Both the position numbers and the translations under genes were made by a program. 49,973 nt of DNA from a virus, in the IMG/VR virus record IMGVR_UViG_3300017989_000027, one strand, 5' to 3'. Of this stretch, positions 23,104 through 32,699 are shown piece by piece. The number at the start of each line of letters is the position of its first letter. Position 1 is the stretch's first letter. The notes beneath the pieces were generated by a model that worked only from the letters and a program-made list of their open reading frames with translations, did no database searches and was not told the DNA's origin.

Positions 23104-23487
23104 CTAGTCTTTTTTTTTACACGACTCCCAGACTTCGTGGACGGTTCGGATGAACAACTGGATCTGGCTGAAGCTGAGTTCCACATCGTATCGTTTTTGC
23201 AGCAGGTCGATACAAGCCTTTGACCAAGTGTAGACTTCCTCACTACTTAACTTTGCCTTTGGACTTGCCTGTTGCTGGTCTTCTGGAGGAAGAACGAACC
23301 CCGCTTGTTCCCATGCGGATTCCAGTAGTTGCTTGGCTTCCCATAGGTCGAGACGGAGGGTTTTGGGTTCGGGTTTTGCCGGGACATTGAAGATCAGATA
23401 GATCGGGTCTTCCAGGTTGTACTGGGGGTTGAGGTCAAGGGTTTCGGTGACGTTGGGGGTGGTTTCAGGGGTATCGGCGGTGGACAT
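23104..23487 (-). CDS. Hypothetical protein, 127 aa, ending in a slippery A9 run. Possibly chaperone-like.
   Basis: The ORF ends ..CKKKD with AAAAAAAAA at 23110-23118. The -1 frame then stays open for 97 codons. Confidence 0.55.
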   Translation of the reverse strand: MSTADTPETTPNVTETLDLNPQYNLEDPIYLIFNVPAKPEPKTLRLDLWEAKQLLESAWEQAGFVLPPEDQQQASPKAKLSSEEVYTWSKACIDLLQKRYDVELSFSQIQLFIRTVHEVWESCKKKD

Positions 23488-23497
23488 GGAAAACCTC

Positions 23498-25264
23498 CTA
23501 CTTCTTTTTGGCCTTGTTGGGCAGGGCTTTGGACGTGTACGGATACTTCTTGAATTTTAGTGTTGCTTTCGGAGATGGCAAGGCGTAGGTGTAGTGCCAC
23601 CGGATTACATAGACGGGATGGATTGCACCTTGCAGCTTGGACTTCTCCGGGCCGTCAATAAGGGCTTCCCCGATTTGCTTTGCTGGTTTATCGTCGATGG
23701 TGGAGATGATGGCCAGGTCTGCGGACTTGATTGGGTGGCCGTAGCGTTTGGCTGTGCCGTGGAGTTCTACCGTCCACTTGGAAACACCACGATCTTGAAC
23801 GGCTATCTCGTCTTCGTCAACCGTTGCGGTTCCGGGTGCAACTTCTAAGGTCTTTTTGTTTGCGTCGATAGAGATTTCATGTTCAGCGTCTGACTCCCCT
23901 ACACGGCGACTGTAAATGACTGCGTTGTCTTTCTTGAAGACGAGACGAATAGCGTACTGCATCCAACTGTTATCTTCTGGAGGAAGAGCAAACACTGAGG
24001 TGTCATGGGTGCCTGTTGGGCTGCGTTGTTGCGGAGGGGTGAGTGTCATTTTGGGTTTTGGCAGACTGACACAGAAGTTGTAGATACGATCTGCTGAGTT
24101 TGGGAACACGATGTTGGATACGCCGCGTTCATAGTGTGGGCCACGGTAGGCCCTCATCGAGGACTGCCACGCAGCCCACGAACCCTTGACTGGAAGCCAT
24201 AGCCCGGACGCCTTGAAGATTGTAGCGAGGGAAGTTACCCCTGTGAAGGACAGGGAAAACGTCATACCACGTCCACCGATGATCTCTTCGGTGATGGAAA
24301 GGCGTCGTGGTACAAGATGGATGTCACCTGAGTTTTCAGGGTCGTCCGGTCGGGCGTTGGCCTTCCATGCTTCAATTCGGGATTTGACGGCATGAACAAA
24401 GGCAGCCCATGCAATTTGTCGAGGTTGGCCGGGTGCTACCAGGATTCGTCCATTGAAGCTGACTTCCCACTCCGCCCATAGGCCGCTGATGGTTTGACTA
24501 ATGTTGGTACGGCAGCAATGCGGGTAGAGCGGGTTTTCAGAGGGATCTTCACTGTCACTGATGGTAAATTCCAGGAAGCGACGATCCGGGGTCAGGACGA
24601 AGTGTTGAGTTCGGTGGAAGTTGTTTGGAACTGGAAAGGCAAGGGACACGAAAGCACGGAAGGCGTCGGCTGTCCGGTCGACAACTCTGCCGGTTCGGAT
24701 GGGGCTTACTTCCAACCGGCCCGAGATTGTCCGTTCCGTTAGACCTTCGTTGTTGATGGCAAAGTTGACGGCGTAGGTGAACTCCCCGACGTTTGCAGAA
24801 GAGTAGATGCCGGGGTCTAAGTCTTCACACTCGATAGCCGTGACTTCGCATTCCCATACAATGCGACAGGCTTGGCGGTCACCAATGGGTTCCCATGCGA
24901 GGATTCTTGGCTTGGGACCGTAGCCTACGGTGTTGGTGTTGCTGAAGGTGAGGTCTTGACCAAGCCCTTTCTGTTTGATAATAAGTGTGCCGCCTGGGGC
25001 TGTCAGGAGGCGTCGAAGGATTTTCATGGCGTCCGAGCCGGACTTATCTAATGGTTCTCCGGCTACTACGGATGGAATTCCACCAGCCCCGGGGAAGTCG
25101 CTTCCAGTCAGAATGGTTTCGACGGAGATGTAGTAGGTTCGGTACTTAATGATACGGTCGGCAGAATCATAGACGGGTTGGATGCGTACCTTCAGACCAA
25201 CGGGAGATGGAAAGTCATATCCGTTATAGTGTACGTCTTGGGTAACATCCAGAAGACGGGCCAT
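23498..25264 (-). CDS. Virion structural protein, 588 aa. Position suggests a tail tip or distal tail role.
   Basis: Long ORF immediately after the tape-measure-like gene. Confidence 0.6.
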   Translation of the reverse strand: MARLLDVTQDVHYNGYDFPSPVGLKVRIQPVYDSADRIIKYRTYYISVETILTGSDFPGAGGIPSVVAGEPLDKSGSDAMKILRRLLTAPGGTLIIKQKGLGQDLTFSNTNTVGYGPKPRILAWEPIGDRQACRIVWECEVTAIECEDLDPGIYSSANVGEFTYAVNFAINNEGLTERTISGRLEVSPIRTGRVVDRTADAFRAFVSLAFPVPNNFHRTQHFVLTPDRRFLEFTISDSEDPSENPLYPHCCRTNISQTISGLWAEWEVSFNGRILVAPGQPRQIAWAAFVHAVKSRIEAWKANARPDDPENSGDIHLVPRRLSITEEIIGGRGMTFSLSFTGVTSLATIFKASGLWLPVKGSWAAWQSSMRAYRGPHYERGVSNIVFPNSADRIYNFCVSLPKPKMTLTPPQQRSPTGTHDTSVFALPPEDNSWMQYAIRLVFKKDNAVIYSRRVGESDAEHEISIDANKKTLEVAPGTATVDEDEIAVQDRGVSKWTVELHGTAKRYGHPIKSADLAIISTIDDKPAKQIGEALIDGPEKSKLQGAIHPVYVIRWHYTYALPSPKATLKFKKYPYTSKALPNKAKKK

Positions 25265-26352
25265 TAGAAAGCTCCCAGTTGCGGCATGGGCATTGGGATG
25301 ATCGGGCCGTTGGCCCAGTCCCGATGTCTATCGTCTGCTCCGGCCCCTTGGCGTGCAGGTTGATCTTCGGTAAAGAACTCCATGAACTTTTGATAAGACG
25401 CAAGGTCTTCGTGCTTCTTTTCCTCCAGAAGACGCTTGATGTCTTCACCTTCATCGAAGATGTAGCCGAGGTAGGTCAAAATGTTTGCCCCAGCAGCAAT
25501 CAACTTTATCCGGTCTGCAAAGGTACCCTCTTGCCATTTGAGCAGTATCCCATGGAGTACGACGATATTGGCGTTGAGCAACTTGAAGGATTCGCTTATC
25601 AAGGGGATAAGCTCCTGCATGATGGTAGCCTTCAGGTCTTCCACACTACGGGTTAGCTGTCCACGTTCCCGAATGAATCCAGCAAGCTCCGGGCCTAGCT
25701 GTCCTGCTAACCGGACCCGTTGCATAATGCCTGCTGCCTCTTGACTTGACTGGGCCATCATAACGTCGGGCGAGTAACGTCCTACATCCCGGATCAAGCC
25801 TTCGGTGATGTTGGTCAGCTTTTGGAAGACCTCAATCACGCCGGTTGTGACCATGGTGATCCCGGCTAGTCCAGCAGCGGCTGCCATGCCAACAGGACCA
25901 AGGGCGGCGAGACCTTGTGTTACGGCACCTGCCCCCATACCCCCAAGACCGCCAATGGTTGCACTGCCGGTGACTTGCCCGAGGATTGCCCCGGAGAACG
26001 CGGGGAAGGCGGCTGATCCTGCAAGCCTTCCCATCATAGCTTGCATACGGGAAGGGCGTGGAGGAATGACAGGCGGTGGTGCCGGCGGTGGACCGACTGC
26101 TTGGGCAGTAGGGACGTTCTGCCTTTTCAGTTCGTTGAGGATTTCTCGAAGAACGCCATGACTTGATGTGCCGGTACTGCTGGCAGAAGGTAGCTCCGGC
26201 ATTCGAGACGTGGGAGGCGGAGGGGGAGGAGGGATTTCCCCACGGAACATCACCCGTTCATAGTCGGTACGTTCACCAGGGTTCCAAGGTCGACCACCTG
26301 GACCAGAGGAAAGGTCTTTGAAATTGACGTTGATTTCTTCGGCCATGGTCAA
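25264..26352 (-). CDS. Pro-rich and Gly/Ala-hydrophobic protein, 362 aa. Possibly a short tape-measure or ejection protein.
   Basis: PPPPPPPTS and GPPPAPPPVIPPRPS, followed by GGLGGMGAGAVTQGLAALGPVGMAAAAGLAGITMV. Confidence 0.5.
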   Translation of the reverse strand: MTMAEEINVNFKDLSSGPGGRPWNPGERTDYERVMFRGEIPPPPPPPTSRMPELPSASSTGTSSHGVLREILNELKRQNVPTAQAVGPPPAPPPVIPPRPSRMQAMMGRLAGSAAFPAFSGAILGQVTGSATIGGLGGMGAGAVTQGLAALGPVGMAAAAGLAGITMVTTGVIEVFQKLTNITEGLIRDVGRYSPDVMMAQSSQEAAGIMQRVRLAGQLGPELAGFIRERGQLTRSVEDLKATIMQELIPLISESFKLLNANIVVLHGILLKWQEGTFADRIKLIAAGANILTYLGYIFDEGEDIKRLLEEKKHEDLASYQKFMEFFTEDQPARQGAGADDRHRDWANGPIIPMPMPQLGAF

Positions 26353-26355
26353 ACC

Positions 26356-27402
26356 TTATGATGGGACAAACCACTCTTCCGATCCGATAGCTCCCTGGGG
26401 CACACAGTTGAAACGGAGTGGGACGGTTCGCAAGGCGTGCTCATATAGCAGTTGGATCGGGGTCCCGGGTGAGAGGATTGCCTTGTCAATGGTGAAGGTA
26501 TGGCCGGCTGACGCAGCGGGCGTATTGGCAACCGGGGTGAGGACAAGTGGCTTGGCAAGCCCACTTAGTAAGCGGCCGATGGGACTGGCGGCATTGGACA
26601 TAATCCCAACGTCGGTCTCCGCTGCCCCGGTTGTGTAGTAGGGCCAGAATGCTTTGCGGCCCGCTGCTGCTGTGTACTCATTGAGGACCATGGATACCCA
26701 AACGTCACCACCGCGGTATACGAAGTCCTGGATGGAATCACCATAGGCATCGCCGGTAATGGGCTGGGCGTGCATCCTCCAACCAAGACGGATACCATTG
26801 GTTTGACCGACGGAGACCCCATCATAGGTCACGGTGTACGGGCCGGCAATGAAGCCACCAACAGCAGCCGGGTCGGTTGTTGAGCCAGAGGTTGCTGAAG
26901 TGAACCATCGGATAGTGCCGGTATCATCCCACGGCAAAAGGGTTAGCTCGATTGGAATGACGCGAAGGCTGGGCGTTAGATCGAATTCAGCAACGTGACC
27001 AGGTGTGAGGATCGCATAGTTGGCTGTGATGATTCGTGGCCAACCAATTGCACCACCGCCAATGTCTGTAGACTCGGCCGGTGTTCCATCGGCTGCTTCC
27101 AAGGTGATTTGTTTTGCAAGACTGGAAGCGAGGACCCCAAGGGTTCCGACCTTTCCAAAGGTTGCATTGAATGGCCAGAAGACCTTGGCGAGGTTTGGGG
27201 CACTGTACTTAGTCAGTGTGAATCGAAGCTGGCAATTGCCTCCGCGATAGACGCCATCTTGCCAGGTGTCACCATAGCTATCACCCCGGATGTCGGCTGC
27301 GGAGAAACTGTAGTTCAGGTGCAGACCGTCTAGTTGGCCGATGTAGAACGGAGTTCCACCTACGTCATATTTCACATTGTATCGGCCGGCGATGAAAGCC
27401 AT
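26356..27402 (-). CDS. Tail-tube-like protein with an internal tandem duplication, 348 aa.
   Basis: The halves FIAGRYNVKYD..GDSYGDTWQDGVYRGGNCQLRFTL..VFWPF and FIAGPYTVTYD..GDAYGDSIQDFVYRGGDVWVSMVL..AFWPY align. Confidence 0.55.
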   Translation of the reverse strand: MAFIAGRYNVKYDVGGTPFYIGQLDGLHLNYSFSAADIRGDSYGDTWQDGVYRGGNCQLRFTLTKYSAPNLAKVFWPFNATFGKVGTLGVLASSLAKQITLEAADGTPAESTDIGGGAIGWPRIITANYAILTPGHVAEFDLTPSLRVIPIELTLLPWDDTGTIRWFTSATSGSTTDPAAVGGFIAGPYTVTYDGVSVGQTNGIRLGWRMHAQPITGDAYGDSIQDFVYRGGDVWVSMVLNEYTAAAGRKAFWPYYTTGAAETDVGIMSNAASPIGRLLSGLAKPLVLTPVANTPAASAGHTFTIDKAILSPGTPIQLLYEHALRTVPLRFNCVPQGAIGSEEWFVPS

Positions 27403-27404
27403 GA

Positions 27405-27932
27405 TTAGGTTCTCCCTGAAATGGTCTGATGACGTTCAGCACGGCCGAAGTGGACGCCTAACACCAGGAAGGCACAAGTCTCCGGTGCTGCGAAGATCCA
27501 GGTACCATCTTGTTCTGCGGGTGTGCCATCCGTTCCCTCCCAGAAAAGTGGAACCTGGAATTTGTCGGTGCCGGAAGTGATGAGGGCATTGGCGGCTGCC
27601 ATGACAGTATAGCTTCGGTCAATTTGAAGCACGATGTCCCGGGCTAGCTTTTCCATGCCGGTTAAGGCTTTGAGGAAAAGCTCACCACCGATTCTGTCTT
27701 GTGGGAATTGGGCCGCTGCAAAGGTAAGGGTGCAGTCAAGCCCAATGATCTCGTGAAGCCCATCATCAAAGTTGCCGGCAGGTCTCCAATAAGTTGGGTG
27801 AACGGATACAAAGCGTTTGCCAATGAACGGTGGTGGTTGGGCAGACTGTTCAACATCGCACTCCCCGTTGTCTAGTGACAATTGGGTGCGAAGATGATTC
27901 CGCACGGCTTCACACAGGGCTGCAACGCTCAC
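27405..27932 (-). CDS. Putative neck or tail-terminator protein, 175 aa.
   Basis: Call rests on its position between the morphogenesis protein and the tube-like protein. Confidence 0.45.
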   Translation of the reverse strand: MSVAALCEAVRNHLRTQLSLDNGECDVEQSAQPPPFIGKRFVSVHPTYWRPAGNFDDGLHEIIGLDCTLTFAAAQFPQDRIGGELFLKALTGMEKLARDIVLQIDRSYTVMAAANALITSGTDKFQVPLFWEGTDGTPAEQDGTWIFAAPETCAFLVLGVHFGRAERHQTISGRT

Positions 27933-28097
27933 TTACTTTCCCTTGGCCGCAAGTTCCTGGAACCGTTTCTTTCCGTACTTCTGCCTCCCGATCTTCGCTG
28001 CAAGGGCATCGGGGTTGCGGATTCCCTTCCGTTTGAGTTTTGAGGAAAGTTGCTTGAACCTTTTTCCCGAACCTAGTCGTGGCTTACAAGACATAGG

Positions 28098-28811
28098 CTA
28101 TTCCTCCAGAAGGGAAGTGATGCCCTTTCGGATTCCGTCACGAACCCATGGGAGCATCTGCTTAGCTGTAGGCCATAGTCTTCGGTGTTTATGTTGCCTT
28201 GAAGCGTACTCGACTTCTGTTCCTATTGTAATCCGGTCCTTCTGGAGGGAAAAGACCTGGTTGGGCGATGGGTCGTAGTGTTCCCGGGAGACATGACCCG
28301 GTTTTAGGCTTCTTTCCAGGTCATGGCTGACAATCAGGATGGGCACTTTTCGACCACCGAGGACTTCCAGCTTGGTTTTTGCCCCCCGGGATTTGAGGAT
28401 TGCCCAGGCCAGTTTGGCTGCGATTTGCTTGGCTTGGGCTTCCCCCACACGGGAGGATAGGCGTTTGAAGTTCGATGCGAAGATTGCCTTCCATTGTCGA
28501 TTTTGGGCAGCAGTGAGAAGCCCCCGGCCTCCGCGTCCTAGCCCTTGAATCCCGAGAGCCTTACGCTCACCAGGTCGTATGGGCCTCTGTGCAATGGTTG
28601 ACCGGGCCAGGGGCTTCCACTGGTTCCCAAACTCATCCCGTCCACCTTTCGATTTGACCAGAAAGGCTTTGTGGATTTGAGTGAATAGGTAGTGAACAAG
28701 GTAGACGGCAACAAGCCTTGTGTACTGCTCTTCTCTGGCGGAGAAGGCAGCACCAAGCCGGCGTTTCAACTGGGCCCGGGTGTGGGCCCTGATGTTGATT
28801 GTTGTTGCCAT
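28098..28811 (-). CDS. Phage virion-morphogenesis / tail-completion family protein.
   Basis: NQWKPLARSTIAQR ... ILIVSHDLERSL ... ITIGTEVEYASRQHK pattern. TAATG stop/start overlap at 28811. Confidence 0.55.
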   Translation of the reverse strand: MATTINIRAHTRAQLKRRLGAAFSAREEQYTRLVAVYLVHYLFTQIHKAFLVKSKGGRDEFGNQWKPLARSTIAQRPIRPGERKALGIQGLGRGGRGLLTAAQNRQWKAIFASNFKRLSSRVGEAQAKQIAAKLAWAILKSRGAKTKLEVLGGRKVPILIVSHDLERSLKPGHVSREHYDPSPNQVFSLQKDRITIGTEVEYASRQHKHRRLWPTAKQMLPWVRDGIRKGITSLLEE

Positions 28812-29332
28812 TACCACCACTCATAGACGTAATCCGGTTCGACGTGTTCACCGGAGTAAACACCGCCTGTGGAGATTTGTTGGACCGTGCGAATCTTGGG
28901 TACTCGGAAGCGATGATCCACGCGGTAGTTTCTCATGGACGGGGTAAAGTCGTCCCGCATGGGCAAGCGGGGAATGCGGAACGTGCCAGACCCAACCTGT
29001 TCAAGTTGGGCCATGACACGTTCATATTGAGACTCGAACTGTGGTGGGTTGCCACGTCGAGTGGAAAGGAGGTACGCCCCGATGATGGAAGCAACACGGC
29101 GTACCCATTTGTTGTTTGTTGCGTACTCCTCATCATACCAGCGTAGAATGTAGAGGTTTACAACGTCCGTCGCTTCGTCTACGATGTCATCCCATACGTT
29201 GGTCTCGGCGGCACCATCGCTGTCGTCATCTGCACGATACAAGGCACCTGTTACCGACCAGAGACGTTCGATCTCGGTTTGGGACGTGTAGGTGTAGGTT
29301 AAGGTTTCGACTGCCATAGTGCTACCTTCCAA
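28811..29332 (-). CDS. DUF1320 (Mu gp36)-like head-tail connector protein, 173 aa.
   Basis: YTSQTEIERLW...DDDSDG...VWDDIVDEATDVVNLYI...IGAYLLSTRRG pattern. Confidence 0.5.
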   Translation of the reverse strand: MEGSTMAVETLTYTYTSQTEIERLWSVTGALYRADDDSDGAAETNVWDDIVDEATDVVNLYILRWYDEEYATNNKWVRRVASIIGAYLLSTRRGNPPQFESQYERVMAQLEQVGSGTFRIPRLPMRDDFTPSMRNYRVDHRFRVPKIRTVQQISTGGVYSGEHVEPDYVYEWW

Positions 29333-30472
29333 TCAAGAGCCAGGGGTAATGGGCTCTGCCCGATCGACTACGTAGACTGCTCGCATGTGTTCATCGGTGC
29401 CGGGAATGCCAATCATGGCAATGCGACAGGTGCAACGGTACCCCTCTTGGGCAGAGAGGGAGGTAATAACATCGCCACTACTATCAATGATGTTATTGCA
29501 GAGGTCATAGACGTAGGCTTCTTCATGACCATCAATGGCCTTGAGAGAACCACCTGCCATGATCTTGGGCGTAGCTGCCCAACGATGCAGACAATTGGCA
29601 CCGGAGCCCGAAGCATGGTCAGATCGGTATCGGGCTGCATTGTAGTCGCCGATCTCCATGACCACTTCGTTGGTAAGGGCTTGGGTAAGCCATGTGTCCT
29701 TGATTCGAGCAAGACCTTGCTTGATTAGGGCTTGTTCAATTTCGTATTGTTTGACCCTGAGAGGCGGGTCCCGCCTGTCGTATTTGATCTTCCAGATCAA
29801 GTCTGCGTTTGGGTAGTGCTCTTTGTCGTACCAGTAGATATGTGTCCAGAGGATACGACACTTCCGAAGCCAGAAGAGTGCCTTTTCTTCCCAGAGAACC
29901 GGAGAACCGATTGTTGGGAAGCCTAACCAGAATTGGCCTTGGAAGGTGGAACCGGCAGTCAATGATTCGTCGTAGGAGGCAAGATCCTTGATCCAGTAAA
30001 TTTCCGCAAATACTGGATCGGCGTACGCTTTGGCCAAGCTCGTGAAACGTAGCATGACCGGAATGGCGGGCTTGAAACTTGTTCCAGTCACAAACCGTCG
30101 GAAGAGGATTGGTCGCTTGAATTCCACGATTGTCCATTCCCGCCACTGCGTTAATTCCTTGTCGCAGATGATCTCCGGGTGTGGTCGTAGAAGAAAATCC
30201 AAGTCAACGTATTCCTTGGTAACGAAGTCTCCCATCAGGAACGGATTATCCCTTGGAATGTAATCTGGCGGCGTCACTAACCCATTTGCATACTTGTCCG
30301 GCTTGAATGGACCGAAGATCTCTGCTTCATCTCCCCACGGCTCCAGGAGATTGGACGGCAACACCGCTTCCGGTTCCGGCATTACCTCCACTGGCATTTG
30401 TTCGGGTTCAACGGGAATTGTATCACTGGGAATGACAACCCCCAGGGCCGCAGCGGAATCGAGTAAAGGCAT
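29333..30472 (-). CDS. Virion-associated hypothetical protein, 379 aa.
   Basis: Long ORF in the structural operon. Confidence 0.6.
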   Translation of the reverse strand: MPLLDSAAALGVVIPSDTIPVEPEQMPVEVMPEPEAVLPSNLLEPWGDEAEIFGPFKPDKYANGLVTPPDYIPRDNPFLMGDFVTKEYVDLDFLLRPHPEIICDKELTQWREWTIVEFKRPILFRRFVTGTSFKPAIPVMLRFTSLAKAYADPVFAEIYWIKDLASYDESLTAGSTFQGQFWLGFPTIGSPVLWEEKALFWLRKCRILWTHIYWYDKEHYPNADLIWKIKYDRRDPPLRVKQYEIEQALIKQGLARIKDTWLTQALTNEVVMEIGDYNAARYRSDHASGSGANCLHRWAATPKIMAGGSLKAIDGHEEAYVYDLCNNIIDSSGDVITSLSAQEGYRCTCRIAMIGIPGTDEHMRAVYVVDRAEPITPGS

Positions 30473-30517
30473 TTGGTCTATCCTTGTTTACGTTGGTTGT
30501 GCGGATGTGATTAGAGG

Positions 30518-31714
30518 CTATTGCGAGATAGCCCGGTCATAAGCACCAACAATGCTCACCTCGTCTCCAGTATCCCCACCACTTTCCCCAGTGACGGAGA
30601 TTCCTTGAACCAGGGAGTTGATCTTGCCCGAGGTTGTCCAGGAGTTGCGGAGAACATCCAGGGCAATGACGTAAGCAGCCACATCACATGTACCAGCAGG
30701 ACCACCGGAGGTGTCGGCGTCTACCGTGATAGATGTGTCACCCACTGCTGTGATTGTATTGACTCCGCTGAAGTCGGTACCTGTCTTACAATCACTGATG
30801 AACACCTTATCGCCCGCAGACAAGCCATGCCCCGAGGGCATGGTAATCACTGCTTGGCTGGCGGAAGTGTATGCCGTATCATTTTGGGCTGCGGTTCTAC
30901 TCTTGATCCGCACAATCTCGTTGGTGGTTCCTTCCTCCAGAAGGAGCAGGTTATCATAGGTGGCGGATTCAAGAATACAAGCATACGGTATCGAGTCCCC
31001 CTCAGAAGCCCCCCCTGAAGGCAGTGGGATTGCATACTGACCACTGGCCACAGCACATGGGAAAGCCCAACGATGGGGGTAGAGGTATTGGGAAGTGGTA
31101 CTGCCGTTTGGCACCACGAAGGTCAGGCTTGCGATAGAGCTATCTGCCAGGGTAGCAGTGTAGGTAAGAGTCCAATCAGCCCCAATGGTGTTCTCGGGTT
31201 TGACGTAGAATTTGCCTTGGGTTACCTTGTCGGTATCAAGGCTTGTCGTTTCACTGGTTGGAGTGGAATCACCTTTCTCAAAGACGTTGAAGATGATTCG
31301 GTCACTATCCCCACTTGGGTATCTTGTAAACACAAGCTCGGGGTCCGGATAGACCGGCAAGAGTTCTGCAATCTCTTGCGGACACCGCCACATGTACGAG
31401 TTAAGAAGATCGTCGAAACCCAACACGTCGGCAGACGTTCCACCATAGGTGTACGTGAAGCCTTGCTCAATGGCATAGTTCACCTTGTCGTATGACCATG
31501 CCCAGACTAGCGAGCGGAGGGCAGTTTCCGGATCGTCCAGTACGTCGTCAATGGAAGACACCAGGCGGTTTTTGCAGGCACACTCATAGTCTTCATCCGC
31601 CGCACCATCGACGATGGAGAAGAGAGAGGGTGAGTGGGTGAAGGCATTGCGGACCTCAAAGATGCACCTCGCAAGATGGTCCATTTCATCACGAATCGTG
31701 GATTCAACTGACAT
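30518..31714 (-). CDS. Virion-associated hypothetical protein, 398 aa.
   Basis: Long ORF in the structural operon. Confidence 0.6.
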   Translation of the reverse strand: MSVESTIRDEMDHLARCIFEVRNAFTHSPSLFSIVDGAADEDYECACKNRLVSSIDDVLDDPETALRSLVWAWSYDKVNYAIEQGFTYTYGGTSADVLGFDDLLNSYMWRCPQEIAELLPVYPDPELVFTRYPSGDSDRIIFNVFEKGDSTPTSETTSLDTDKVTQGKFYVKPENTIGADWTLTYTATLADSSIASLTFVVPNGSTTSQYLYPHRWAFPCAVASGQYAIPLPSGGASEGDSIPYACILESATYDNLLLLEEGTTNEIVRIKSRTAAQNDTAYTSASQAVITMPSGHGLSAGDKVFISDCKTGTDFSGVNTITAVGDTSITVDADTSGGPAGTCDVAAYVIALDVLRNSWTTSGKINSLVQGISVTGESGGDTGDEVSIVGAYDRAISQ

Positions 31715-32691
31715 TAGCTAGGTTCCTTAGAGAGAAGGGTAAATACTTCCGAGATCAGTTTATCAATGGGTGGCGTCCCTTCCATCAAGAGCAGGCTTCG
31801 TAGTGCCTGCCACCAGTCTGCATTTTCCTCCCAGGTTGGGTAGTCTTCGCACCCGTAGTCTTTTTGATGCCAGAGGGCTACGCCATCTCCGAGGTAGTAG
31901 GCTAGGTGAAGGAATGGAATGAAACGGTGGTAAGGGACTCGTTGATCCTTGCCGGGGGTCTTCCAATGATCGTACCACCATACGGAGAGGAACGGGTACA
32001 CGGGTTTGTTGTATCGTCTGGCTTCCCGGATAAGACAGGCTAGGTACTGGTGTTGTTGGTCTTGCTCCCACCAAGGGATGTAGTTTCCGTTCCAAATGGT
32101 ACCGCCAAACATGTAGTGGTGTGGAAAGATGAGATGGGGTTGTTCCGCCATTATGGCAAGTTGATCGTTGATCGAAGTCCACTCATCACGGAATTGCCAC
32201 CACCACCCACTATGACAGCACGGCAACATACTCCACCAGCCCCATTGTACATCGGGGCGTTCCGCCTTGATGATGTCCCCTATGCGAATCCGTTTCTCGG
32301 CAATGTTCTGGCGGAAAACAGGCTGCTTGAGTTCATCATCATACCAGTAGGGTTGATAGCCGTGTTCCGGGTCTTCAGGTTGTTCCTTGTCCTCTAGGTC
32401 ACAGATCAGTATGCGGTTTTCAGGGACGTTTGCAAGCCGGGCCTTGAGGGAGTCTTCGTCGATCCAGACGGGATCGTAGTTGCCCACACCGAAGAAATGG
32501 TTGCCGAATACCCAATAAGGGATCTCCATTCCCCATTGTTCTGCATGGGCGTGCTCGAAGTCCCATGGGTTAGGGTAGTCGGGATGGTTGAATGAGAAAT
32601 GGGTGAACACCCTCTTTCCATGCTCCCGAAAGGAAACAGCATTGCGGGGCATGTCTAATTTGGATGCTAGATAGTCCGTGAGGGTGCTCAT
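31714..32691 (-). CDS. Trp-rich hypothetical protein, 325 aa. A glycoside-hydrolase-like function is speculative.
   Basis: Long ORF directly downstream of the beta-helix gene. No firm motif. Confidence 0.55.
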   Translation of the reverse strand: MSTLTDYLASKLDMPRNAVSFREHGKRVFTHFSFNHPDYPNPWDFEHAHAEQWGMEIPYWVFGNHFFGVGNYDPVWIDEDSLKARLANVPENRILICDLEDKEQPEDPEHGYQPYWYDDELKQPVFRQNIAEKRIRIGDIIKAERPDVQWGWWSMLPCCHSGWWWQFRDEWTSINDQLAIMAEQPHLIFPHHYMFGGTIWNGNYIPWWEQDQQHQYLACLIREARRYNKPVYPFLSVWWYDHWKTPGKDQRVPYHRFIPFLHLAYYLGDGVALWHQKDYGCEDYPTWEENADWWQALRSLLLMEGTPPIDKLISEVFTLLSKEPS

Positions 32692-32699
32692 TGCTTTCC

